From positions 1 to 39,513 of the forward strand of contig CADBNX010000217.1 in the NCBI GenBank assembly GCA_902796115.1: a stretch of 39,513 nt of DNA. The letters run 5' to 3'. The stretch comes from an uncultured Eubacteriales bacterium (GTDB lineage: Bacteria; Bacillota; Clostridia; Christensenellales; Aristaeellaceae). This document shows, in pieces, positions 24,146-33,763 of the stretch; within the stretch, counting starts at the first letter, position 1; every line of letters starts with the position of its first letter. The translations under genes and the position numbers were made by a program. Below the pieces are notes generated by a model. The model saw nothing but the letters and a program-made list of their open reading frames with translations, searched no databases and was not told the DNA's origin.

Positions 24146-24362
24146 ATGATATAGTAAAGCTCCGTCCCAAAGGACGGAGCTTTCCGTGGTACCACCTTAT
24201 TTCGCGGCATTCGCCGCCTCAATGACGCTTAACGCGCGTCAACGGACAGACTACTGATTTTCACCTGTCAGTCTCCGGGACGACTTCCGCGCGTTTTCCC
24301 GAAACGGTCTTTCAGCCGGGGACCGCTCTCTCTGCCGGTTCCGCGGCGCGTACTGCTTCCCT
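24146..24362 (-). promoter_or_regulatory. T-box riboswitch leader, valine-specific (specifier GUC)
   Basis: The minus strand reads, in order: AGUA box, AGAGAG (AG bulge), a distal-loop helix CGGUC...GACCG, a specifier loop GGAA-GUC-G (GUC at 24284-24282), the T-box core AAGGUGGUACCACGG (core at 24196-24184), then a terminator. It sits directly upstream of valS. Confidence 0.85.
24150..24180 (-). terminator. T-box attenuator terminator hairpin
   Basis: GCUCCGUCC-uuug-GGACGGAGC (24180-24159) followed by UUUACUAUAU. It lies immediately 3' of the T-box core. Confidence 0.75.
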
Positions 24363-24383
24363 TCTCAGACTGTGGTTTTTTGC

Positions 24384-24578
24384 TTACGCGTTGGCCTTCG
24401 CTTCTTTGATCTGGACAACCTGCTTGCCGTCGTAATAACCGCAGAATTTGCATACGCGGTGAGCAAGCTTCAGCTGATGGCACTGAGTGCACTCAACCAG
24501 AGCAGGCGCTTCCAGTTTCCAGTTCGCGCGGCGGCTGCGTCCCCTTGCTTTCGATACTTTCTCTTTTGGCAGAGCCAT
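24384..24578 (-). CDS. rpmF: 50S ribosomal protein L32 (zinc-ribbon C+ form)
   Basis: MALPKEKVSKARGRSRRANWKL... with CTQC...CKFC. Confidence 0.93.
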   Translation of the reverse strand: MALPKEKVSKARGRSRRANWKLEAPALVECTQCHQLKLAHRVCKFCGYYDGKQVVQIKEAKANA

Positions 24579-24581
24579 GAT

Positions 24582-25118
24582 CTACACCTCCTCATCCTTT
24601 GTCAGCAGTTGCTGCAATGCCGAAAAAGGATGCTGGTCAGGCAATTCCTTCTGGCAATCGTCAGTTTCGTTTTCGCGGTCACGGATCGCTTTCATCGCAT
24701 TGCAGATCGGGGTGCACATGAACCGCATGGGCAGGTTCAGTACGGTGAGGGACATCGCGAGATGACTGAGATCCACCCGGGAACCTTCGAACACGGGATG
24801 ATCCTCAAACGGATCCTCCTCCCGCTCGCTTTCCGCCGCTTTTTCCCAGCGGCTGAGCCGGTGAAACACTTCGTCGAACCCGGCTTCCGTCGGATAATCC
24901 ACCGGTGCGAAACAGGCGGCGCAATGGCCGTGCGCGACAGTTTTCAGCGTTCCGCGGATCAGGAGGGAATCCCCTTCCATCCGGAATGTGCCGACAAGCT
25001 GCGCGGTGTCAAAGGTAACGGTCTCACCGAAAATGTCCTGCGGCTCGATCTCTTCGTGATGCGTGAAGGAAAATTCCTCACCCTGCGAAAGAATCGCTCT
25101 TGAAACATCCAACAGCAA
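24582..25118 (-). CDS. yceD: YceD/DUF177 family protein
   Basis: 178 aa, immediately upstream of rpmF (conserved synteny). Acidic tail, plus CAACF and CTPIC motifs. Confidence 0.8.
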   Translation of the reverse strand: MLLDVSRAILSQGEEFSFTHHEEIEPQDIFGETVTFDTAQLVGTFRMEGDSLLIRGTLKTVAHGHCAACFAPVDYPTEAGFDEVFHRLSRWEKAAESEREEDPFEDHPVFEGSRVDLSHLAMSLTVLNLPMRFMCTPICNAMKAIRDRENETDDCQKELPDQHPFSALQQLLTKDEEV

Positions 25119-25148
25119 AGCTCATCACTCCAATCGTGACCGAGCAAT

Positions 25149-25177
25149 ATTATAGCTGCCGTGCGGGTGCTTGTCAA
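25149..25177 (-). promoter_or_regulatory. consensus sigma-A promoter for yceD-rpmF (TTGACA-17-TATAAT)
   Basis: Minus strand: TTGACA (25177-25172), 17-nt spacer, TATAAT (25154-25149), about 30 nt upstream of the yceD ATG. Confidence 0.7.
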
Positions 25178-25236
25178 TCTTTTTTTTCCGGCAAAAGTAA
25201 GTTCCGGTTACGGGTTCCGGGCGGGAGAACGAAGAA

Positions 25237-27009
25237 TCAAAGCGCGGGATTCCGCATCAGCCAGATCATCAGCACGGATACATCGGCGGGGGATACGCCC
25301 GGGATGCGGGACGCCTGCCCCAGGGAACGCGGACGCTGCGCCGCAAGCTTCTGCCGCGCCTCGAGACGCAGGGCGGATATGGATTCATAAGGCGTATCGG
25401 GCGGCAGCAGACGGTCTTCCATGGCGTGCATGCGCGCGATCTGGGCGGCTTCCTTGGCAAGATACCCTTCATATTTTACCTGGATCTCGGCTTCGAGGCG
25501 CGCGTTTTCGCCGTATGCCATGCCATCGGGCAGGGTCAGGTGCGCGTCCGGCTTGCGAAGCTCCGCTTCCAGGCCCTCCTCACGCAGATAATGCAGAATG
25601 GCTTCGGTTTCCTTCCGTTTCTTTTCCAGCCGGCGCATCCGTTCGTCGCTTGCAAGGCCCAGCCGGTGGGCGGTTTCGGTCAGGCGCAGGTCCGCGTTGT
25701 CCTGGCGCAGGAGCAGACGGTATTCCGCGCGGCTTGTCATCATGCGGTAGGGCTCGTCCGTTCCCTTCGTGGTCAGGTCGTCCGTCAGCACGCCGATGTA
25801 GGCTTCGTCACGCCGGAGCACCAGCATGTCCCGGCCCTTCAGATAATTGACCGCGTTGATCCCGGCAAGGATGCCCTGTGCCGCGGCTTCCTCATAGCCG
25901 GAGGTGCCGTTGATTTGCCCGGCAAAAAAGAGACCGAGGATTTCGAGGGACGCAAGGGAAGGGGAGAGGCGGGTCGGGTCGATGCAGTCGTACTCGATGG
26001 CGTAGGCCAGCCTTGTGATGCGGCAGTGTTCCAGCCCGGGAATGGTCTGATACATCTGCTGCTGCACGTCCTCCGGCATGGAGGTGGACATGCCCTGCAC
26101 ATACCATTCGGGATAATGATCCCCTTCCGGCTCCAGAAAAATCTGGTGCCGGTCCTTATCCGCGAAGCGGACGATCTTGGTTTCGATGGAGGGACAGTAG
26201 CGGGCCCCGATGCCCGTGATCGCGCCGGTGAACATCGGCGCGCGGTCCAGGTTGCGGCGGATGATCTCGTGCGTCTTTTCGTTGGTCCAGGTCAGATAGC
26301 AGCAGGCGCGGTTGACGACGCCCCCGTCCGTGAGAAAGGAAAAGGGAACCGGCGGTTCGTCCCCGCGCTGCACGTCCATTCTGGAAAAATCGATGCTGTT
26401 TTCCGCGACCCTCGCGGGCGTGCCGGTTTTGAAGCGGCGCAGCGGGAATCCGAGATCCTCAAGAGAAGCGGAGAGCGAATTGGCGGGAAGCAGGCCCTGC
26501 GGGCCGGCGTTCCACGACGTTTCCCCGATGATGATCCTGCTTTTCAGATACACGCCGGTGCACAGGATGACGGTTTTGCACTCGATCCTGTCCCCGGTCA
26601 GCGTAACGACGGCGCGCACCTCGCCGCTGACGGTTTCGATGCGGGCCGCTTCCCCCTGGCGGACGGTCAGCTTCTCTTCCGCAAAGAGCGCGCGCATCAT
26701 CCGGGTGTGGTACTGCCGTTTGTCCGCCTGAATGCGCAGGGAATGCACCGCGGGCCCCTTGGCGGTATTGAGCATGCGGCTCTGCAGGGTAACGTCATCC
26801 GCGGCGAGCGCCATTTCCCCGCCGAGCGCGTCCACCTCGCGCACAAGATGTCCCTTGCCGGTGCCGCCGATGGACGGATTGCAGGGCATCAGGGCGATCG
26901 ACTCGATATTGAGGGTGAGCAAAAGCGTTTCAAATCCCATTCTGGCGCAGGCGAGCGCGGCTTCACAGCCCGCGTGCCCGGCGCCTACGACTACCGTGTC
27001 ATACATCAT
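25237..27009 (-). CDS. mnmG: tRNA uridine-5-carboxymethylaminomethyl(34) synthesis enzyme MnmG
   Basis: DTVVVGAGHAGCEAALACARMG, SCNPSIGG-like MPCNPSIGGTGKGHLVREVDALGG, and a C-terminal GQASRIPGVSPADVSVLMIWL. 590 aa. Confidence 0.92.
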   Translation of the reverse strand: MMYDTVVVGAGHAGCEAALACARMGFETLLLTLNIESIALMPCNPSIGGTGKGHLVREVDALGGEMALAADDVTLQSRMLNTAKGPAVHSLRIQADKRQYHTRMMRALFAEEKLTVRQGEAARIETVSGEVRAVVTLTGDRIECKTVILCTGVYLKSRIIIGETSWNAGPQGLLPANSLSASLEDLGFPLRRFKTGTPARVAENSIDFSRMDVQRGDEPPVPFSFLTDGGVVNRACCYLTWTNEKTHEIIRRNLDRAPMFTGAITGIGARYCPSIETKIVRFADKDRHQIFLEPEGDHYPEWYVQGMSTSMPEDVQQQMYQTIPGLEHCRITRLAYAIEYDCIDPTRLSPSLASLEILGLFFAGQINGTSGYEEAAAQGILAGINAVNYLKGRDMLVLRRDEAYIGVLTDDLTTKGTDEPYRMMTSRAEYRLLLRQDNADLRLTETAHRLGLASDERMRRLEKKRKETEAILHYLREEGLEAELRKPDAHLTLPDGMAYGENARLEAEIQVKYEGYLAKEAAQIARMHAMEDRLLPPDTPYESISALRLEARQKLAAQRPRSLGQASRIPGVSPADVSVLMIWLMRNPAL

Positions 27010-27032
27010 GGAAGCTCCTTTTTCCGGCGCGG

Positions 27033-27830
27033 TCAGGTTGCCAGTTCCCGATGCGCCTGGGTCACGATCCGTGCAATTTCCTCATCGCTGACGGGAACTC
27101 CCGTTTTGCGGATATCGGCCAGAAACTCGATGTTCCCCTCACCGCCGCGGATCGGGGAAAAGGTGACGCCGCACATGCACCATTGCATCTGTACGGAAAA
27201 ATCCCGGATCTCCGCCAGCACCCTGCGGTGCACGTCCGGATCGCGGACGATGCCGTGCTTGCCTACGGATTCTCTTCCGGCTTCAAACTGGGGCTTGATC
27301 AGGGTAAGGAACTGACCTTCCCCGCCCATGATCGCGGCTGCGACCGGCAGGATCAGACGGATGGAGATGAACGATACGTCCATCACGGTCAGCGTGGGGT
27401 GCAGGGGGAACTGTTCCGGGGTCAGGAAGCGGGCGTTTGTGCGCTCCATGACCGTGACACGCGGATCGTTGCGCAGCCTCCAGTCCAGCTGGCCGTACCC
27501 GACGTCGATCGCGTACACGTGCCTTGCGCCGCTGCGGAGCAGCACGTCGGTAAAGCCGCCGGTGGAAGCGCCGATATCCATCGCGACCGTGCCTTCCACG
27601 GAGGGACGGAATACGGTTATGGCCTTTTCCAGCTTGTGTCCTCCGCGGCTGGCGAAGGAATCCTGCTCCCCGCGGACGGTCAGCTGCGCGTCTTCCGGGA
27701 CGGTTTCGGAAGCCTTGTTGATGCGCACCTCGGCAAGGTATACTTTTCCGGACATGATCAGCGCCTGCGCTTTTTCGCGGCTTAGCGCCTGCCCGTTTCT
27801 GACCAGATGGATATCGGCTCTCTCCTTCAC
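27033..27830 (-). CDS. tlyA: TlyA-family rRNA 2'-O-methyltransferase
   Basis: N-terminal S4-like region (DIHLVRNGQALSREKAQALIMSGKV), FASRGGHKLEKA, and DIGASTGGFTDVLL. GTG start at 27830 overlaps the dxs stop (GTGA), with AAGGAG 8 nt upstream. Confidence 0.88.
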   Translation of the reverse strand: MKERADIHLVRNGQALSREKAQALIMSGKVYLAEVRINKASETVPEDAQLTVRGEQDSFASRGGHKLEKAITVFRPSVEGTVAMDIGASTGGFTDVLLRSGARHVYAIDVGYGQLDWRLRNDPRVTVMERTNARFLTPEQFPLHPTLTVMDVSFISIRLILPVAAAIMGGEGQFLTLIKPQFEAGRESVGKHGIVRDPDVHRRVLAEIRDFSVQMQWCMCGVTFSPIRGGEGNIEFLADIRKTGVPVSDEEIARIVTQAHRELAT

Positions 27831-29683
27831 TTTTTCAGCTCCTTCGCGATCGCATCGGAAAGCGTTTCTTCATCAAGCCCGCAGCGCTTCAGGATGGCGC
27901 CGCGGTCCCCGTGCGGGAGAAAGGCGTCCGGAAGCGCGAAAATGCCCCGCGGCGGAGCGGCGTGCGACGAGACGCACCACTCTGCCACGGCGCTTCCGAA
28001 GCCGCCGCTGCGCTCGTTTTCCTCCAGCGTGAAAAACGGCGTTCCGGATGCCTGCAGGCGGCGGAGCGTCTCTTCGTCGAGCGGGCGCAGGGAGGACGCG
28101 TTGACCACCCGGACCCGGAGCCCCGATTTTTCAAGCCGGTCCGATACCCGGAGCGCCGTTCCGGTCATTTCCGCGGCCGCGAGGATCGCCGCGTCCCTGC
28201 CGGGACGCATCTCTTCCCAGATCCCCGGCTGAAAGGACGCGCGATAGGGAGGAAATTCGACGGCGCACTTGGGATAGCGGATCGCGTATGCACTGTCCGA
28301 GGACAGCGCGTGAAGAAGCATCTGCCGCATTTCCGCGGGACAGCGGGGCTGGAGGATCGTGAGACCGGGAATGGTACGCAGGTAGCTGGCGCCGTAGATG
28401 CCGTGATGGCTCATCCCGTCCGGACCGACGATCTGCGCATGATCGATCATGAAAACGACGGGCAGCTTCTGCGCGCATACATCTTCCATGATCTGGTCGT
28501 ACGCGCGCTGCAGGAAGGTGTCATAAATCGCGACCACGGGTCTGAGACCGCCCTTTGCCATGCCGGCCGCGAGGGCAGCCGCGTGCTCTTCGGCGATCCC
28601 CACGTCGAAAGTCCGCGCGGGAAAGCGCGTCTGAAACCCCTGAAAGCCCGTTCCCCGCAGCATGGCAGCGCTGATCAGCACCACGTTTCCGTCCCGCTCG
28701 GCTGCTTCGCAGAGCGTGCGGCAGGCTTCTTCCCCGAAGGAGAGCCGGGGAAGGGCGGCGCTTTCCGCGTCCGTGCCCGCCTGTGCGGGCGGGACGTTGT
28801 GGTAGTGCTCCGGGTCGGCTTCCGCGGGGGGGAATCCTTTGCCTTTCTGCGTCATGACGTGGATGAGCACCGGTTCGTTCAGATGGGAGGCCCTTTCAAA
28901 AACCGAGGACAGCTGCCCGATGCTGTGCCCGTCCACAGGTCCGATATAGCGGATCCCGAGGGAGGAAAAGAATTTGTCGTTGACGAAGATATTGCGGATA
29001 TGATCCTTGCCGCGCTGGAACAGATCGTGCAGTTTTCGGCCGCAGAGGGGCACCCTCAGCAGCGCTTTGGAAAAGGTGTGCTTGATCCGCTGCCAGCCCT
29101 TGCTCAGCCGCATGAAGGTGAGATACTCCGACATGGCGCCCACATTCCTGGAGATCGACATTTCATTATCGTTGAGTACGATAATCAGCGGCAGCTTCGC
29201 GTGGCCGATATCATTCAGCGCTTCATAGCACATGCCGCCGGTCAGCGCGCCGTCTCCGACGATAACGGCGATATGATCCGTTTTTCCCTGAAGCGCCTGC
29301 GCACGCGCCAGCCCGAGCGCCAGGGAGAGCGCGGAGGAGGAGTGTCCGGTGTTGAACAGATCATAGGGGCTTTCCTCCGTCCGGGGAAAACCGCACAGTC
29401 CGCCTTCATGCCGCAGCGTTCCGAACCGTTCCGCTCTTCCGGTCAGGAGCTTATGCGCATAGCATTGATGACCGACGTCAAACAGAAGCTTATCACGTGA
29501 AAAATCAAATACATGATAGAGCGCTACGGTTACGTCCACCAGGCCCAGATTGGAGGAAAGGTGTCCGCCTGTCTTTGGGACCGTTTCGATGATCGTGCGC
29601 CTGATGTCGCCGGACAGCTCCTCCAGGGAAGGGATACCGGCTTTCCGGATATCTGCGGGAGACAGAAGCTCTGCCAGTTTCAT
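27827..29683 (-). CDS. dxs: 1-deoxy-D-xylulose-5-phosphate synthase
   Basis: GGHLSSNLGLVDVTVALHYVF-like, DVGHQCYAHKLLTGR, GDGALTGGM, and a transketolase-like C-terminus. 618 aa. Confidence 0.95.
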   Translation of the reverse strand: MKLAELLSPADIRKAGIPSLEELSGDIRRTIIETVPKTGGHLSSNLGLVDVTVALYHVFDFSRDKLLFDVGHQCYAHKLLTGRAERFGTLRHEGGLCGFPRTEESPYDLFNTGHSSSALSLALGLARAQALQGKTDHIAVIVGDGALTGGMCYEALNDIGHAKLPLIIVLNDNEMSISRNVGAMSEYLTFMRLSKGWQRIKHTFSKALLRVPLCGRKLHDLFQRGKDHIRNIFVNDKFFSSLGIRYIGPVDGHSIGQLSSVFERASHLNEPVLIHVMTQKGKGFPPAEADPEHYHNVPPAQAGTDAESAALPRLSFGEEACRTLCEAAERDGNVVLISAAMLRGTGFQGFQTRFPARTFDVGIAEEHAAALAAGMAKGGLRPVVAIYDTFLQRAYDQIMEDVCAQKLPVVFMIDHAQIVGPDGMSHHGIYGASYLRTIPGLTILQPRCPAEMRQMLLHALSSDSAYAIRYPKCAVEFPPYRASFQPGIWEEMRPGRDAAILAAAEMTGTALRVSDRLEKSGLRVRVVNASSLRPLDEETLRRLQASGTPFFTLEENERSGGFGSAVAEWCVSSHAAPPRGIFALPDAFLPHGDRGAILKRCGLDEETLSDAIAKELKK

Positions 29684-29696
29684 TTGTTACTCCGAA

Positions 29697-29712
29697 GCAC
29701 GGCGAACCGTGC
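29697..29712 (-). promoter_or_regulatory. 5'-UTR hairpin with a UUCG tetraloop just upstream of the dxs RBS
   Basis: Minus strand: GCACGG-uucg-CCGUGC, followed by uucGGAGuaacaaAUG. A possible extended -10 (TGGTATACT, 29760-29752) lies upstream. Confidence 0.4.
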
Positions 29713-29882
29713 GTGTGCATCATAAAATTCGCGGGAGAAAATTTCCCGCCACAGTATACCATAAATCGGAACAAAAGAAAACGGACCCGCACCTGTTACG
29801 AAATTTTACGGAAATAAAAAGGAGTTTTCGATTTTATTACGAATTATAACTAAATGTGATTTTTTGAAGGAGGCAGCCGCGG

Positions 29883-31640
29883 ATGAAATGTCCCAAATGC
29901 GGGTACTGGAACAGGAGCAGTTTTCCGAAATGCTACCGTTGCGGAACCGCACTGGAGCCGGAAAGCACCGTTTCCGGCATGCAGCGGGCAGAAGAAGTGG
30001 CATCGTTTCTGAAGAAGGCGCCGCCTGCAAAAAAATATATCCGGATGGATGAGGAAGGGAAAAGCGCCTCCCGGGAGGACGAGCGGGATCTGCTTGCGGA
30101 AGAGATGATCCTGCTGCAGAAGCGGAAGGACCGCGGCCGCATCGGCCAGCGCAGACTTCGGAGCACACAGTACGGCAATGACCCCACGGCACGCTTCTCC
30201 TATGGAAGGGACGATGCGGAGGCGGATGAAGCGGAGCGGGACGCTTCCGCGGACGCGGCGCCGCCCGAGGCGGCAGCCGATACGCGCCTGAGGAACAGCC
30301 CCTGTGAACCTCATCTGATGGCTGAAACCTGGAAGGCCCGCAGAGAACGCGGCAGTCTGTCGCATCCGCCGGAGGAGAAGATCCGTATCACCAGGCATCT
30401 CCTGTCGGCGCGGGTCCTGAAAAGCACCGCCCTGCTCCTGATGCTTGCGGCCGCGGCCTTCGGCGCGTATCATTGGTTCTTCCGCCCCCTCGCGGAGCGG
30501 AACCGTCCAGCCCCTCTGACAGAGCTGGTGGAGATATCCCCGTCCATCCTGGGGGACTATGCGGCCCATACGGTCAAAATCCCGGGAGAAGAAGGACAGA
30601 GCATCTATATCAAGGAACTGCGGCGTTCCTTCACGGTGACGGGCGGGTATGCCATCATTGAAGTTCCCGATTATATCTGGTATGAAAACTCTCAGAGCGT
30701 GACCGATCCGTCGGTCTCGGCGGCCATTACCCCTTATCTGGTGACCGCGGCCGGCGAGCATATCCAGATGGATCAGATTTCCTATGAAGTGGATATCCCG
30801 GAATCGACGCTGATCCTGGTCACACCGAACAGCGGATATGCGGAAGTTTCCACGGCGGTATACAATATTCAGTTCCGGGTGGAGAAGAACAGCACGGTCA
30901 CCATCAACGGAGAAGATTTTTCCGATCTGGTATCTGCGCAGAACGGCCTGATATCCTACAACGCCACGGTGCAGCCGATCGGATATAATTATTTTGAGAT
31001 CCGCACCCGCTCCCAATACTATCGCGAAAACACCCAGACCGTGGTGATTTACCGCGCCGTGCAGGATATCCCGCTGGATCTGTCCACTACATTGAACAAT
31101 CGTTCATCCCAAAAAACAATGAAAATTTCCGCCACAACGCTCCCCGGAGCGGTGGTCAAAGTGGAAACGCCGCATGAAAATCTGGATCTGACGCGGGTGG
31201 CTTCCAGCGGGGAGTTTTCGTTTGAAGCGGTATTTGAAACGATCGGGACCAATACGATCACGATCACGGCTTCCTATCCCGGAAAGGAAACGACCGTTGT
31301 CAATTACGACGTCTATTACCTGCCGCCTGCCGCGGATTATACCCGCCTGGCGTGGCCGCTTGACACCGCGTGGCATTATTCCGACCTGCTGAGCAATATT
31401 TCCTCACGGGTCGCCAATTCCCAGATCTATGTGTGCAAAGGGACCATCGTAAGCATCATATCCGAATCCCCGCAGCTGGCCATCATGGAAACGGGGGACG
31501 AAAACAGCTCCCGTCAGGTGCTGCTGGAAAACCGTTCCACCGATACCTGGGTGGTGGGAACCCGTTACCGCGTTTACGCCGATGTGTTCGGCCTGTACAA
31601 CGGGATCCCCCGGATGGTGGGAAGGTATACATATCAATAA
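29883..31640 (+). CDS. hypothetical membrane protein: N-terminal zinc ribbon, charged linker, single TM, large extracytoplasmic beta-rich domain
   Basis: MKCPKCGYWNRSSFPKCYRCG (CxxC...CxxC). An R/E/D/A-rich low-complexity segment runs to ~aa 175. The TM is STALLLMLAAAAFGAYHWFF (~aa 180-200). About 385 aa rich in T/V/Y/I/N follow. The RBS is GAAGGAGG upstream. Confidence 0.7.
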   Translation: MKCPKCGYWNRSSFPKCYRCGTALEPESTVSGMQRAEEVASFLKKAPPAKKYIRMDEEGKSASREDERDLLAEEMILLQKRKDRGRIGQRRLRSTQYGNDPTARFSYGRDDAEADEAERDASADAAPPEAAADTRLRNSPCEPHLMAETWKARRERGSLSHPPEEKIRITRHLLSARVLKSTALLLMLAAAAFGAYHWFFRPLAERNRPAPLTELVEISPSILGDYAAHTVKIPGEEGQSIYIKELRRSFTVTGGYAIIEVPDYIWYENSQSVTDPSVSAAITPYLVTAAGEHIQMDQISYEVDIPESTLILVTPNSGYAEVSTAVYNIQFRVEKNSTVTINGEDFSDLVSAQNGLISYNATVQPIGYNYFEIRTRSQYYRENTQTVVIYRAVQDIPLDLSTTLNNRSSQKTMKISATTLPGAVVKVETPHENLDLTRVASSGEFSFEAVFETIGTNTITITASYPGKETTVVNYDVYYLPPAADYTRLAWPLDTAWHYSDLLSNISSRVANSQIYVCKGTIVSIISESPQLAIMETGDENSSRQVLLENRSTDTWVVGTRYRVYADVFGLYNGIPRMVGRYTYQ

Positions 31641-31686
31641 AAACGAAAACGCACTGCACCGGTACGACAGGCGATATTTCGGCATT

Positions 31687-33129
31687 TCAGCCGATGAATT
31701 CCGCGAGCATTTCTTCTTTCCGCCGGATCATTTCATGAGTTCTGGCGATGTATTCTTCCACATTGCTGACGTTCGGCGCGCGGAGGATTTTGCCGGTGCG
31801 GGTATTCACTTTCTTGGAGATGCCGCCGGCGCCCATGGCGAGCACGTTTGCGTTTTCCTCCATCATGCCGATGTTGTACAGGTTTTCCTTCCCCGGCAGG
31901 GAATAGCCTACGTTTTCCAGGTTGCCGGCCATGTATTTCTGCCGGTACAGATAATACGGGCGCATGCCGCGCGCTGCGGCTTCCATGCGCCCGCAGCGGA
32001 CCATTTCCGCCACGCCTTCGCCGTCCGGAAGCTGATGCTCCCACAGGTGCAGGAGACTGGCGTGCTTGATGCACAGGGTATGGACGGTCATGCTTTCGGG
32101 CGAAAGAAGACGGCTCCAGGCGAGCGTTTGCCGGAACATATCCGCGTTTTCTCCGGGAAGGCCGGCGATCAGGTCCATGTTGATATGGTCAAACCCGTAT
32201 TCCCGCGCGAGCGCATAGGCCTGCTCGGTATCGGCCCTCGTGTGCCTGCGGCCGATGCGCGCGAGCGTTTCGTCGTGCATGGTCTGCGGATTGATGGAAA
32301 TCCTTTCCACACGGTGTCTGCGCATCAGCGCCAGTTTTTCTCTGTCGATCGTATCGGGTCTTCCGGCTTCGACTGTGATTTCAGCGGCGCCTTCAAGCAG
32401 CGGATCAAGGCTGTCAAGCACCCGGGAGAGCAGAGGCGCGGGCAGCGCGGTCGGTGTGCCGCCGCCCATGTAGAACGCGCGGGGGGAAAGGTGTTCCTGT
32501 TTGATGAGCGCGTGCACGGCTGCGATCTCCCGGCACAGGGCTTCCGTATACGGCGCAAGCAGGCGGCCGCTGCCTACTTCTCCCGACAGAAAGGAACAGT
32601 AGGCGCAGCGGCTCAGGCAGAAGGGAACGGAGACGTACAGATCGATCTCTCCCGCTGCCTGGGAAGGAAGGGAGTCCTGCACCGAAACAGTCTCCCGGAC
32701 CAGGGAGGACTTCTCCCCGCTGACGTCAAACACGCTTTCAAGCGCGCGCTGCGCCTCGTCCATGGTCGCCCCGCGCATGCGTTCCATGCGGAACAGACGG
32801 GTGGGACGGATGCCGGTCAGGGAACCCCACGGGGGAGTGATGCCGGTGGCCTGCCTGCATACGTCGTATACACAGCGCTTGAGCTGGCGCTTATGCATGC
32901 GTTTTTCTTCCAGCGGATCCTGAAAAACAGGCGAAACGCTTTCCGAATCAAAAACACGGTCTTTTGTCAGCGTGACGCGCACCCGGCGCTGCCCTTCGCA
33001 TACCTCTTCCGCATGGGACAGGATCACGGGCGCGCCGGGATCCGTTTCCGTATTACCGAAAAAGATGCGGACAATATCGAGCATATCATTCAGAAACCGC
33101 GGGGTCGGCGTATCCACCCGGATCTTCAT
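31687..33129 (-). CDS. hemZ: radical SAM protein, HemN/HemZ-type oxygen-independent coproporphyrinogen-III oxidase family
   Basis: YVSVPFCLSRCAYCSF (CxxxCxxC). 480 aa, with the ~150-aa N-terminal extension typical of HemZ-like members. Confidence 0.75.
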   Translation of the reverse strand: MKIRVDTPTPRFLNDMLDIVRIFFGNTETDPGAPVILSHAEEVCEGQRRVRVTLTKDRVFDSESVSPVFQDPLEEKRMHKRQLKRCVYDVCRQATGITPPWGSLTGIRPTRLFRMERMRGATMDEAQRALESVFDVSGEKSSLVRETVSVQDSLPSQAAGEIDLYVSVPFCLSRCAYCSFLSGEVGSGRLLAPYTEALCREIAAVHALIKQEHLSPRAFYMGGGTPTALPAPLLSRVLDSLDPLLEGAAEITVEAGRPDTIDREKLALMRRHRVERISINPQTMHDETLARIGRRHTRADTEQAYALAREYGFDHINMDLIAGLPGENADMFRQTLAWSRLLSPESMTVHTLCIKHASLLHLWEHQLPDGEGVAEMVRCGRMEAAARGMRPYYLYRQKYMAGNLENVGYSLPGKENLYNIGMMEENANVLAMGAGGISKKVNTRTGKILRAPNVSNVEEYIARTHEMIRRKEEMLAEFIG

Positions 33130-33752
33130 AAGGCACTTTCCTCCGGGAAAAACGCGCGGAACAGGCGCTCCTCACGGATGCGGGTTTTCGGCCCGTGTCC
33201 GGGAAAAACCAGCGTATCCTCCGGCAGGGACAGCAGTCTGCGCAGACTGTCCGCCATCGCCTGATCGCTGCCGCCGGGGAAATCCGTCCTGCCGCAGCCC
33301 CGCGCGAAGAGTGTATCGCCGCTGAAAAGCAGCCCGCCTGTCAGATATGCGCAGCTGCCCGGCGTATGCCCCGGTACGGAAATCACATGCACCGGTTCGG
33401 AAAAACCGCGGAAATACAGGTCATCGCCGTCGCAGAGCGTCCGGTCGGGCTTTTTGTGCGGCGCGGACTGTCCGAACTGAGACGCAAGGCTCAGCGCCGG
33501 ATCCGACAGCATCGGAGCGTCCATCTTGCCGATATACAGCGGCGCGTCGGGAAAGGCGTCCAGTGCGCCGATATGGTCAAAATGACCGTGCGTGAGCAGG
33601 ATCGCTTCGATACGGCGGCCGGCTGCCCGGCGCAGGATGGCTTCCGCGTCTCCGCCCGGATCAAAGATCAGGAGATGATCGGCGTCCGTATCTCCTGCAA
33701 GGAGATAGCAATTTGTGCCCAGCGGGCCGACAGATATGGTTTCGGGTATCAT
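33126..33752 (-). CDS. MBL-fold metallo-hydrolase (glyoxalase II-like)
   Basis: LLTHGHFDHIG and VPGHTPGS motifs. Start is at ATG 33752 (MIPETISVGPLGTNCYL) after GAGGA. The track start at 33992 runs through dtd. Confidence 0.8.
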   Translation of the reverse strand: MIPETISVGPLGTNCYLLAGDTDADHLLIFDPGGDAEAILRRAAGRRIEAILLTHGHFDHIGALDAFPDAPLYIGKMDAPMLSDPALSLASQFGQSAPHKKPDRTLCDGDDLYFRGFSEPVHVISVPGHTPGSCAYLTGGLLFSGDTLFARGCGRTDFPGGSDQAMADSLRRLLSLPEDTLVFPGHGPKTRIREERLFRAFFPEESAL

Positions 33753-33763
33753 CACTGTATCCT

